NCBI GenBank assembly: GCA_964613035.1
Contig: CAZTFQ010000006.1
Span: 28,071 to 92,070, forward strand
DNA length: 64,000 bases
Source of the DNA: an uncultured Christensenellaceae bacterium
GTDB taxonomy: Bacteria; Bacillota; Clostridia; Christensenellales; DTU072
Direction of reading: 5' to 3'
Shown here: in pieces, positions 27,226 to 37,600 of the stretch
How the letters are laid out: every line of letters begins with the position of its first letter
Position numbering within the stretch: the stretch's first letter is position 1
The notes under the pieces: generated by a model
The model's input: only the letters and a program-made list of their open reading frames with translations
Database searches by the model: none
Told to the model about the DNA's origin: nothing
Program-made: the position numbers and the translations under genes

Positions 27226-28929
27226 TTATTCCACCTCGTCGAAATATTTTTGCGCGTCGACGGAATTTTTACCTAGTCCGATAGAAAACACCGTCGCCCC
27301 TATTAAAAGATATATCCCCGCATCGATTACGGTGAGCTCGAGACTGCTCGATCCCTTTTCGACGGAGAGCATTACGTTGAGCACTATCGAACCGATGAGA
27401 GCCAGTACAAGCACGATCATAAAAATCATGTTAAGAGAATAGACGTTTTTATTTTTACGAGTGATTTCCTGGAGATTTTGCCATTTAAGGTTGACTTTTT
27501 TCAAGTCGCACGCTATAGCGAGATTATCGTATCCGAGTCCCGTTAAATTGACTATCAAAAGTGTAGAAAGCGTACCGATTACGACTACGAGAGGCTCCGA
27601 GTCCAAAACGCACGTCATTACCAAAACCGATACGGATGCGATTACCGATATGATAAAAGTTATGGAATATGACAACAGTTTTTTGACTTTTACCACGCCT
27701 TGCACGTCTATGGGGAAGCTCTTAAGGAGATAGAAGTTTTTGCCCTCTATAGAGAAGGCGGTCGACGCGGAGGTATTGCAGAAGCACCCTATCATCGTGC
27801 TTATATATAAAGCGAACGGAAACATAAACGCCACTAAATCGAAGACTTCGTCGGGTTCTGCCTGTAGATCGGAAGCAATCGAAACAGACAACAGAACGAT
27901 TGCCGTCGGAATCATTACGATCGACATAATCACGCTTACGAATATCTCCGGGGTATTAATCAGATTAAGAATTTCTTTTTTTAGGAAAGTTTTCTTAAAG
28001 TTGTTAGATTTATATATAAGGGGCGAGGATACTTTCTTTTTCTTATTGTCGACGCCGTTTTCGAAGCCTCTTTTTATCAACCGATCGTAGCAGAGAGCGG
28101 AGATGATTACGGCGAGGGCGCCCAGTGCGAGGACTTCTCCGAGGTAAGCGAAAAACCATCCTATCGAGACGACGTTTCTTGCGGAAAGAGCCAGTCTTAA
28201 GAAGCGATTGAATATCAAGACGCGCTCTATACTTACAAGTCCGACGAGCATATCCTGAGCAGATTCGTCTTCCATTCCGCCGCTAGTCAACTGAATCGCG
28301 AGGCTAAAGCCTACTATCGCCACTGCAAGCAACACCGAGAAAACGACGTTGGCAACGTTGTTTTTCTTAATATAGGATAACAGATACATTATCGGCAGAG
28401 TGAAGACCGCAATAACGAATAACGGAACGAGCGGCACCCAAAAGACCGAAAGTGCCGAATAGACGAAGTATCCCGTTCCGACCGCGGCATAGCCGCACAT
28501 AACGGCTCTGGTTATACCGAAAGAGAGCGCAGAGGGGATGACTACAATAGCCGACAACGTCAACTGAGTCAGGTACAGATAGAGCATTTTCGCAAGGAAA
28601 ACCACACTTGATTTTATCGGCATAGACTCTAAGAGCAGATTATCTTTTGAGGAATATAGTACTCCTATTACGGAGAATATACCTATGAAGAGCACCAACA
28701 ATTGAGCCGCGGCGAAAAACAGCGACGGCACGTACGCACCGTCGTCGATGCCGGCAAAGATTATTCCGAAAGCCACGGAGATCACTACAAGATACAGAGT
28801 GAAAAAACCGCTTGCCAAAAGTCCGCCTAGCTTAGAACTCCTTTTGTTATTCTTATTAACGTCGGGAGAGAAAGTATCGGCGAGCAACACCCTCAATATA
28901 TATTTAACCTGCCTTAAGTACGTCGTCAT
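27226..28929 (-). CDS. polytopic ABC exporter permease (ABC-2-like / putative ABC exporter family)
   Basis: 567 aa with at least 10 hydrophobic helices. 4-nt overlap with the upstream ATPase gene. Confidence 0.65.
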   Translation of the reverse strand: MTTYLRQVKYILRVLLADTFSPDVNKNNKRSSKLGGLLASGFFTLYLVVISVAFGIIFAGIDDGAYVPSLFFAAAQLLVLFIGIFSVIGVLYSSKDNLLLESMPIKSSVVFLAKMLYLYLTQLTLSAIVVIPSALSFGITRAVMCGYAAVGTGYFVYSALSVFWVPLVPLFVIAVFTLPIMYLLSYIKKNNVANVVFSVLLAVAIVGFSLAIQLTSGGMEDESAQDMLVGLVSIERVLIFNRFLRLALSARNVVSIGWFFAYLGEVLALGALAVIISALCYDRLIKRGFENGVDNKKKKVSSPLIYKSNNFKKTFLKKEILNLINTPEIFVSVIMSIVMIPTAIVLLSVSIASDLQAEPDEVFDLVAFMFPFALYISTMIGCFCNTSASTAFSIEGKNFYLLKSFPIDVQGVVKVKKLLSYSITFIISVIASVSVLVMTCVLDSEPLVVVIGTLSTLLIVNLTGLGYDNLAIACDLKKVNLKWQNLQEITRKNKNVYSLNMIFMIVLVLALIGSIVLNVMLSVEKGSSSLELTVIDAGIYLLIGATVFSIGLGKNSVDAQKYFDEVE

Positions 28930-29750
28930 AGTAAATCGTCTTTTCTTCCGAACAGTCTTCTTTTTCTAGGTTTGATTTCCACCGGCGGAATTTCCGATGC
29001 GGATTGAGAAACCTCTTCCGCTTCTTTTGTCAGAGCCAGGAAGAGATGCTCGAGACTTTCGTCTTCTCTTTTTGCTTTCAACTCGTCCATACTGCCGTCG
29101 GCGATGATTTTTCCGTTGTCGATAATTGCCACTCGCGTACAAATTTTCTCGACGACTTCTAATACGTGCGAAGAGAAAAACACGAGTTTTCCCGCGGCGG
29201 CGTGTTCTGCCATAAGCTGCTTAAGATTAAACGCCGATTGAGGATCGAGCCCTGTCATGGGCTCGTCCAAAATCCATATCTCCGGGTCGTGGACGAGAGC
29301 GCATATTACGGAGAGCTTCTGTTTCATTCCGTGAGAATAGGACGAAATTTTTTCGTTGAGGCGATTTTCCAGTCCCAGTAGAGACGACAGTCTCTCTACG
29401 CGTTCTTTTCTGAGAGCTTCGTCTACTTCATAGACGTCGGCGACGAAGTTGATATAATCTATCGCCTTTAAGTTCTCGTAAAAAATATGCTCGTCGGACA
29501 CGTAGCCTATATGTTTTTTAGCGGCAACGGGATTGCTTTTGAGATCGTCGCCGCAGACGATTATATTGCCTTCCTGATAGGCATAGATACCCGTAAGGCA
29601 CTTAATCGTGGTCGATTTACCGGCACCGTTGGGGCCTAAGAAACCGAATATTTCACCGCCGTTAAGTTCTAGAGAAATACCGTCGACGGCTTTTATATCA
29701 CTGCCTCGATACGTTTTCGACAGAGAATCGATTGTCAATAAAGCGGACAT
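28926..29750 (-). CDS. ABC transporter ATP-binding protein
   Basis: Walker A GPNGAGKST, signature-like YSHGMKQKL, Walker B IWILDEP, H-loop SSHV. Confidence 0.9.
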   Translation of the reverse strand: MSALLTIDSLSKTYRGSDIKAVDGISLELNGGEIFGFLGPNGAGKSTTIKCLTGIYAYQEGNIIVCGDDLKSNPVAAKKHIGYVSDEHIFYENLKAIDYINFVADVYEVDEALRKERVERLSSLLGLENRLNEKISSYSHGMKQKLSVICALVHDPEIWILDEPMTGLDPQSAFNLKQLMAEHAAAGKLVFFSSHVLEVVEKICTRVAIIDNGKIIADGSMDELKAKREDESLEHLFLALTKEAEEVSQSASEIPPVEIKPRKRRLFGRKDDLL

Positions 29751-29751
29751 T

Positions 29752-30297
29752 TTAATAATTGATTTTTAAGAGTTCGAAGTATCCTTGAGGATGGTCGCAT
29801 ACGTCGCAGGACTTGGGGGCGTCTTTAGAGAGGACGATGTTACCGCAATTACGACACTTCCACGCGACGATTTCGTCTTTTTTGAATACGGAGTCGTTAT
29901 TGATTGCTTGCGCGAGGGCTTTATAGCGCTCTTCGTGGGATTGCTCGACTCTAGCCACTCCCAAAAACTTTTCGGCGAGCTCGGGAAATCCTTCCAATCT
30001 TGCCGTATCGGCGAATTCTCTGTACATTACGGTCCATTCTTCGTTTTCGCCGCGGGCGGCGGTTATGAGATTGTCGTATGTAGAACCGTTGTTTTCGCCG
30101 AGAGCTTTGAACCACATTTTGGCGTGTTCTTTTTCGTTGAGAGCGGTTTCTTTAAAAATCTCGGAAATCTGCTCGTAGCCTTCCTTTTTTGCTATCGACG
30201 CGAAGTAATCGTATTTGTTACGCGCCTGGCTCTCTCCGGCAAAAGCCGTTCTTAAATTTTTTTCGGTTTGAGTTCCTTTCAATTCTCTCATAATCAT
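29752..30297 (-). CDS. rbr: rubrerythrin
   Basis: Ferritin-like diiron region ([18 protein letters not shown]...EKEHAKMW...VEQSHEERY) plus a C-terminal rubredoxin-like CRNCG...CDVCDHP. Confidence 0.9.
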   Translation of the reverse strand: MIMRELKGTQTEKNLRTAFAGESQARNKYDYFASIAKKEGYEQISEIFKETALNEKEHAKMWFKALGENNGSTYDNLITAARGENEEWTVMYREFADTARLEGFPELAEKFLGVARVEQSHEERYKALAQAINNDSVFKKDEIVAWKCRNCGNIVLSKDAPKSCDVCDHPQGYFELLKINY

Positions 30298-31580
30298 ACT
30301 CCTTTTTTAGAATGTTTTTGTAATTTTATGTCTTTTTCGCGTCCGTTGTGAGAAGGTACGTAAAAAACTTCGTCTTTTATGGCATCGGGGAGATATTGTT
30401 GCTCCACCCAGCCGCCGTAGTCGTGGGGATACTTATATTTGCCGAGATCCGCGCCGCCTTTGTAATTGCGGTCTCTGAGATAATCGGGGATATCATCGTG
30501 GCATTCTTTCGCTTTGGCTTCCGCGGAATATAAAGCATTGACTACAGAATTGGACTTAGGCGCACAGCACACGTATATTATGGCTTCCGTTAAGGGAATA
30601 AGTCCCTCCGGGTATCCGAGTTTTTCAAACGCGGTCATTGCGCTGGTCGCCATAACCAGAGCCATGGGATCCGCCAATCCGACGTCTTCCGCGGCATGGA
30701 CCATCAAGCGTCTTAAAACCAATAAAGGACTGCAACCCGCTTCTATCAATCTTTCCGAATAATAAACGGCGGCATCGGGATCGCTGCCTCTGAGGCTCTT
30801 ACAAAATGCGGACAAAATATCGTAATAGAGAGATTCGTCCACGTTGAGGGCACGTCTTTCTACACATTGCTCGGCGACTTCCGTCGTAACGTGAATAATA
30901 CCGTCTTTATCCGGAGGCGTAGTGAGTGCGGCGAGCTCCAGCGCATTGAGGGCGGTACGCATATCGCCGTTGGCAACAAAAGAAAAATGTTCGAGAGCTT
31001 TTTTGTCACAGTCGATATCGTAATTTCCGAGACCTCTTTCTTTATCGGCGAGAGCTCTTAAGAGTCCCTTCTCCACATCCGACTCCGAGAGCGGCTTGAA
31101 GGTAAACACTCTGCAACGAGAAACGATTGCGTTGGTCATAGAGACGTAGGGATTCTCGGTAGTGGAACCTATGAAAACGATTTCCCCTTTTTCTATAGCG
31201 GAAAGGACGCAGTCCGACTGCGCCTTGTTCCAGCGATGACACTCGTCGAGAAGGAGGTACGTTTTTTTACCGTACATTCCGAGTCTGTTGACGGCGTTGT
31301 CGATGACCTTCTTCGCGTCGGACACGCCCGAAGACACGGCGTTGAGCTTCTCGTACGCACTCTCGGTCGTATTGGCGATTATATTGGCGAGGGTCGTTTT
31401 ACCGCATCCGGGGGGACCGTAAAAAATGCAACTTCCGAGGCGGTCGGCTTCTATCGCACGACGAAGAAAGCCGTTTTTTCCTACGATGTGTTCCTGACCG
31501 AAAAATTCGTCGAGAGTACGCGGACGCATTCTCTCGGCAAGAGGTGCTTTGTTTTCTCTGATAGTATCGAATAAATCCAT
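30294..31580 (-). CDS. rarA: replication-associated recombination protein A (AAA+ ATPase RarA/MgsA)
   Basis: 428 aa. [19 protein letters not shown], Walker [20 protein letters not shown], and C-terminal MgsA-type domain ([22 protein letters not shown]). Confidence 0.92.
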   Translation of the reverse strand: MDLFDTIRENKAPLAERMRPRTLDEFFGQEHIVGKNGFLRRAIEADRLGSCIFYGPPGCGKTTLANIIANTTESAYEKLNAVSSGVSDAKKVIDNAVNRLGMYGKKTYLLLDECHRWNKAQSDCVLSAIEKGEIVFIGSTTENPYVSMTNAIVSRCRVFTFKPLSESDVEKGLLRALADKERGLGNYDIDCDKKALEHFSFVANGDMRTALNALELAALTTPPDKDGIIHVTTEVAEQCVERRALNVDESLYYDILSAFCKSLRGSDPDAAVYYSERLIEAGCSPLLVLRRLMVHAAEDVGLADPMALVMATSAMTAFEKLGYPEGLIPLTEAIIYVCCAPKSNSVVNALYSAEAKAKECHDDIPDYLRDRNYKGGADLGKYKYPHDYGGWVEQQYLPDAIKDEVFYVPSHNGREKDIKLQKHSKKGV

Positions 31581-31638
31581 AGATATATGTTATCATTTCT
31601 ATCGAGAAAAATCAAGGCATTAAAATTTCATTTTAATA

Positions 31639-34600
31639 TCAATATTCGACCTTAACGAGAACGGTTCTGTCGTCGATAAGCGGTATATCGTCGTCTCCGC
31701 GTATTTCCATACCGTCGAAAATTATTCTTCTTATACCCGTACGGTGAAACTTAAACGTATACTTTCCTTTTCCGAAACGATATTCCACGGTCGCGGAAGA
31801 AAGCTTCTCGGGTAAATGCGGATGTATAGAGAAATATTTTCCGTGTTTTTTTATACCGAAAAAGCCTTCTATCATCAATCTGTAATACCACCCGGCGGAT
31901 CCCGTATACCAAGTCCATCCCGCGCGTCCGGGAAAGTCTCCGGAGTAGATATCGGCGGCTATTACGTAAGGCTCGCCCTTATATAACGGAGCCGTCGTTT
32001 CGTCCGAACAGCGGTACACGGGATTGATATATTCCGCGAGCGTGTACGCTTTATCGTACTCGCCTATTTTAATCAACGACATTATATACCAGATTGCGGC
32101 GTGAGTATACTGTCCGCCGTTTTCTCTGACACCGTCGGGATAAGCGTAAATATAACCGATTTTAGGCGATTTTTGATAAGGAGTAAGCAATTTTATCAGT
32201 TTAAAATCGGTGTCGACCAAAATTCTGTCCACGGTATCCGAGACGATTCGAGCGCGTTCGTTATCTGCAACGTCCGCAAGAACGGCTAACGCCTGCGGAA
32301 CGATATCCAGATTAATATGAGCGGAATTTTCGCTCCCTTCCATCTCTCCGTTATCGGTAACGAGCCTTATATATCGATCTTTGTCGAAAGCTTTTTTATT
32401 AACGACATCGGTCAGGCGTCTCTCTAGAGAATACAATTCCATCCGCTCTTTATCGGGAAGAAACTTTTTTAGTTTTTTTATAGCGATAATCGCAAGAAGC
32501 GTAGTGACAACGCTCTCGCCTTTCCCCTTTTTCCCGACTGCGTTAAGCGAATCGTTCCAATCCCCCGATCCCATTGTCAGAAGTCCGTGATCGCCTTTTT
32601 TTAAGGCGCTTTTTATCGCTCTTTTCAAATGTTCCGACAACGAATACGTTTCGGTTGTACGGGAAGGACTTTCCACACGGTCGATTTCGTTATAGCCGAG
32701 CGGACTAGAAGATAAAAACGGGATTTTTTCGTCCAAAACGGAATAATCCCCCGTTGCTTCTATATATTCCGCAACCGCGTAGGGTAAAAAGAGCTTGTCG
32801 TCGCTTATTCTAGTTCTGACTCCGAAAGTCGGCGTATGCCACCAATGTTGGACGTCGCCTTCACGATATTGGTGAGCCGCACATTCCAAAATCAAATCTC
32901 TTAAAATCTCCGGACAAGTATATCGAAGAGCGACTGCGTCTTGCAGCTGGTCTCTAAACCCTATCGCACCGCCAATCTGAAAATAACCGAGTCTGCCTCT
33001 CAGTCGAGAAGAATACGTCTGATATGCTAAAAACGGAAACAATTTATCGAGTTTTTCATCAGAAGTTTTGATTGAAACGCTATTGATTGCCTGAAATTTT
33101 TCAATCGAGAGGAGTCGCTTCTTTTCGATTAAATCGGGGGTGAGAGACAATATCGAAGCTTCTACCGAACCGATTGCGAAATATATCGTCGAAACGCCGG
33201 CACTTAGCTCGACCGATACATACGGTCTCTCGTTACGCTTAGAAAACACTATATCGCATCCTCCCGCAACGGCTCTGACGAGTACCGATTTTTCGTTTTT
33301 CAAATTAAATATTCTCATCGTATCGCCGGAAGCGGACGTCGTGAGGAAAGACTTCTCCGCTTTCCATCCGAGAGACGGAGAAAACCTGAAAACAAGCCTG
33401 CCGTCACATTCTCCCGTAAGAGAGACTTTAATAATTTTGATTTTTCCGTCATCAAGCAAAAACATATCGATATCCGATGAAAAGTCCGAAAATTGTGCCG
33501 AATACGAACATTCTCCCCTCTTTACCGTAAAAGCACCCGAGTCGAGCCTATAAGTCGCGGAAGATTTCAAAAGTATCTCCTCGGACGAAACTTCTCTTAT
33601 CGGATCGGAGATAAATTCCGTAATTTTTTCTTCTCTGCTATTAGGTCCGAAAGTATATCCGCCTCCCGACTCCGTTGCGATAAAACCGCCGAAAACTTCG
33701 GCAATAACATCGGAATAAGGCGCCTCTGTAGGCGAGGTACAGACGTAATTTCCGTCGTCGTCGAAGTATCCGTTGCCGATACGCTCCCCTCGAATCGGCT
33801 GTTGCTCGGGATATAATATCGATTCAGCATCCGTAACGTACTCTAATGCGCGATACTTTAACCCGAAATCCGCATCTATAACGATATGGGCGTAAGCCGA
33901 ATAATCTTTCTCGGTCAATAAAAACGAACAAAAGCCTTTCTCGTTAAAAAACGATGATATTTTTTGTCTGATTTTGTTCATATTGTGCGCATAAACACAC
34001 AATTTACAGTCATAACCGAACTTTTCGACGATCTTCATCGCGTCTATGACGGCTTCTAATTTAGTCAATTCTCCGTCGAATTCGTAATGGACGACGGGAC
34101 GCCCTTGAGATACGTTTTTATATTCTTCCGAAATACCTAAAAAAGCCGCATTGTCCAAGGAATCCGAAGGTATCAAAGCAACAAACGCGCTCAACAAGTC
34201 GTATTTTAACTTATTATCGACTCTTTCTACGCTGTCTGCGGGATAATCGAAGAAGTCTTTTTCCGCGGAATGAATAAAAGCCAAATTTTTCAACAATCCG
34301 TCGCGATTGTCCGAAAAGGTGGAAACGAACGCGCATTCGAAAAACTCACCGTCATAATCGGGTTTACCCTCGATATACGCGCAAGGATTGAGTACCGAAC
34401 CGCACTTTTCGTCGGGAGAAAAATCGGTTTTAAGAAAATTAGCATCGGAAAACTTCGCGTGACGACCGAATACGGACAATTCGTCCGAAGAAAACTTAAC
34501 GTCGGAGAGTCCTTTAGACGTAACGGCATAATAAACGTCTTTTTTAGAACCGGGATCGGAGCTCTTGAATATCAGCGCGTTATATTCTCGAATCCATTCC

Positions 34601-37600
34601 GAACAAATCAACATACGCTTATACGGAAGTTGCGCGTATATCTCGTCAATCGTAGACAAAAACACCGGCTCGTAAAAAGTCACGGAGACGTTGTCGGTCT
34701 TTTTTCCCTTTTGTCTTACTCTGATTATTCTCGCGTCCAAAAAATCACATTTAGAGACAACCGACTCGGAACGATTGGACTCGTTATGATAAAAGACCTT
34801 ATTATCTCTTATCTCGGAATAGCGCACTCGTCTATCGTAAAACGGCGCGCTCGTAGGAGTAGCGACCGAACCGTTCTTTTTTATAAAAACATAACCGCCT
34901 TGTTCTTTCCTGTACTCGGATAAAAGCGAAGAAGCTCTAATGCCGTTATAACGGAACACGTTGTTACCGTCCTCGTCGAAAAAGAGAGATATTTGTCCGT
35001 TAGACGAAAAAAACAGACCGTTGTTGTATTCTACTTTATCGCATTTTTTGTAATACCTGCTTTTGTTTTCTGATGTTTTGGCTAATTTTTTAGCAAAAAT
35101 ACTTTCAATCCTTAACGTCGAAGCTTTTTCGGACAAAAGTCCCGTCGCCCCAGAAACGGAATCGTCGTTTAAGAATAAATTCGATATATAATCGTGCTTA
35201 AGAAGGTTACAAACGGACGCTAAAATCATCCCTTGATGATGGGTCATATACGAGTGAATTTTCTTTACTTCCCGCCTTACTTCCATACTCTCGAAAAAGC
35301 CGTACCTGCCCTCTTGTCCGAGGTCGACGTATTTTTTCAACGCACGGATTACGCTCTTAGCAGACGTAGATAAAAACAAAAACGCGGCATACGGAGAATA
35401 TACAGACGAAGTAGGCTCTCTGCGCAAAGATTGTTCTTCTATTCCGTATGCGCGATATCGATAATTACCGTCCCCGTCGATATCGGAGTAGGCGCATTCC
35501 GATATACCGAATACACCTCTCTTACCGTTTTTTCGTTGGATTCTTAATACGTTACGCACGGTTTTATCCGTAATACTACCTTTGGGCGAGGGCATAAAAA
35601 TCGATGGGAGCGCCGTTTCGAACGCAGTCCCGGACCATGACAATAACGTATTACCGTACATAGAAGTATACACACGCTCTAAAGCATACCAATGAGAAGC
35701 ATTGCGACAGTGCGCCGTATAAATGTACGAAAGAAGCCTCGTTTCGGAACAAAACAAGTCGTAATGCCCCTCATATTTCCCCTCCGTGGCATCATACCCT
35801 ATATAGAATTGTTTCCGATCGCTGTCGAACAATGCGTCAAGATCCGTTTCCGATATCAAAAATCGGGTCTTTTTCTCCAAATCGGGACAATTAAGAGCTT
35901 TCAATTGCTCTTTCAAAACGATAAGCGCGGCTAAAAAATTCCCGCTATCTACGCTCGACACGAATTTTATGGACGGTTTTCCTGAAACAAAATACCAATT
36001 ATAAAGATTTCCTTTCCATTTCTTAAGTCGGATTATTTTTTTAAGCAGTACGTCGATATTTTTTAAAAACGTCGATTTGTCTATAATCTCCAAACCGAGC
36101 GCGGAGACTTCCGCCATTATCGCGAAACCTATATCCGTAGCCGACGTATAATCGGCGACTTTAGCGGGAGCCGTCCGATAATTATCCGCAGGGAGTCCCG
36201 TAGCGGTTAAAAAACGAAAATAATCGTAAGTTCTTCTTGCCGTATCGAGAAGAAAATCTTTATCCGAATCGGATATTTCATCCGAAACTATTTCAAAAGA
36301 AGTAATTTCCGTCAACAAATACAGTATCGCTACCTGACTGAAATACGATACCGCCGCAAAAAACGCCATTTCGGACACAAAATACGAAGCGATGCAAATC
36401 GCCGTCAGCACAATCGAGGACGGAATAAGAATATCGAGATTTCTTTTTCCCGTATTCTCCGAAAACGTCGACCATTCCTGCAGACCTATGCCCGTAATCA
36501 TACTTTTTAGCGCGGACAAAAAGACGACGGTTTCTTTTATCGCGTTGTAAGGTATCAATAGATAATATTTTAAGGTTTCCAAGTATCCTCTAAGAGCGTC
36601 TTTAAACGCATATCTGAAGCGTTTTTTATCGAAGAAATTGCGCATTTCTCTAATCAAATCGCCTAAAAACGGTAAAAAAGCTATCGCCGTCGAAACAATA
36701 CCGACGCGTGCGGATACGAACAATCCAAGCCCTAGCATTACGGCTAAGGACAAATACGACAAAAACGAAAAAGAGCTTTTCGTTATAATGAATTTATATA
36801 GCGGTGAGACGGAAAGCTTTTTTGAAAACACATACGGCAGGCATTGCACGTCTCCTTTTTTCCAGCGCGAAGCTCTCTTTTCTTCCGCAAAGAACGTATC
36901 GGGGACGTCCTCCAAGACAAAACCACCCGACATGGTGTCGAGAATCGCGCCTTCCAATACATCGTGAGACAAAAGTTTCCCCTCCGGAAGCTCTCCTATC
37001 AACTCGGATACGTAGCTTTTTAGTCGAACGAGACCTTTTCCGCAAAATACCGCACGTCCGAAAAGATCGTAATATGCGGATGAATAATACGGGTACGTCT
37101 CATATCCCGAATCGAAGCTCCGCGCATAATAAGTCGATATGTTTTTCAGATTAAAAGCAATCGCGGGAGCGCATACGTCATAGCGAGAATTAGCCGGATG
37201 ACTCATTATATTGACCATTTCAAGAACTCCCGACGGCAACAAAACGCTATCGTGGTCGAGAAGGCATAAATATTCCGGCGTACGCACGGAAGTTTTTCTT
37301 AAAAACGCGCTATAATCTCCGCTATACAGTGCCGTAGCCAAATCTTCGATTGCGCCCTTTTTCCTGTCTCGGGCGACGTAAGTTCCGTTTTTATAAACTT
37401 TTTTTCTTACAAATATCTTAATTTCGCCCCGATATCCGTCTATAAGGTCAATAAGTCCTGCATCGATATCCGATAACTCCTCTCTACTCTCGGTAAAATC
37501 TATCAGCAATGCCACGCCGACGTTATCGGACGAGTTGGAATAATACGCATTCTTCGCCGCGGTTAATGCTTCATCGAAAGCTTTTTCCGAAGAGACGAGC

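Noticed and set aside
27226-31580. Considered whether the ABC ATPase/permease, rubrerythrin and rarA form a functional system with the giant glucan-synthase-like gene (for example a glucan exporter).
   Set aside because: The permease/ATPase pair is of the separate-subunit ABC-2-like type, not the fused ChvA/NdvA type. rarA and rubrerythrin are unrelated housekeeping or stress genes lying in between. Co-orientation alone, which is universal in this window, is no evidence.
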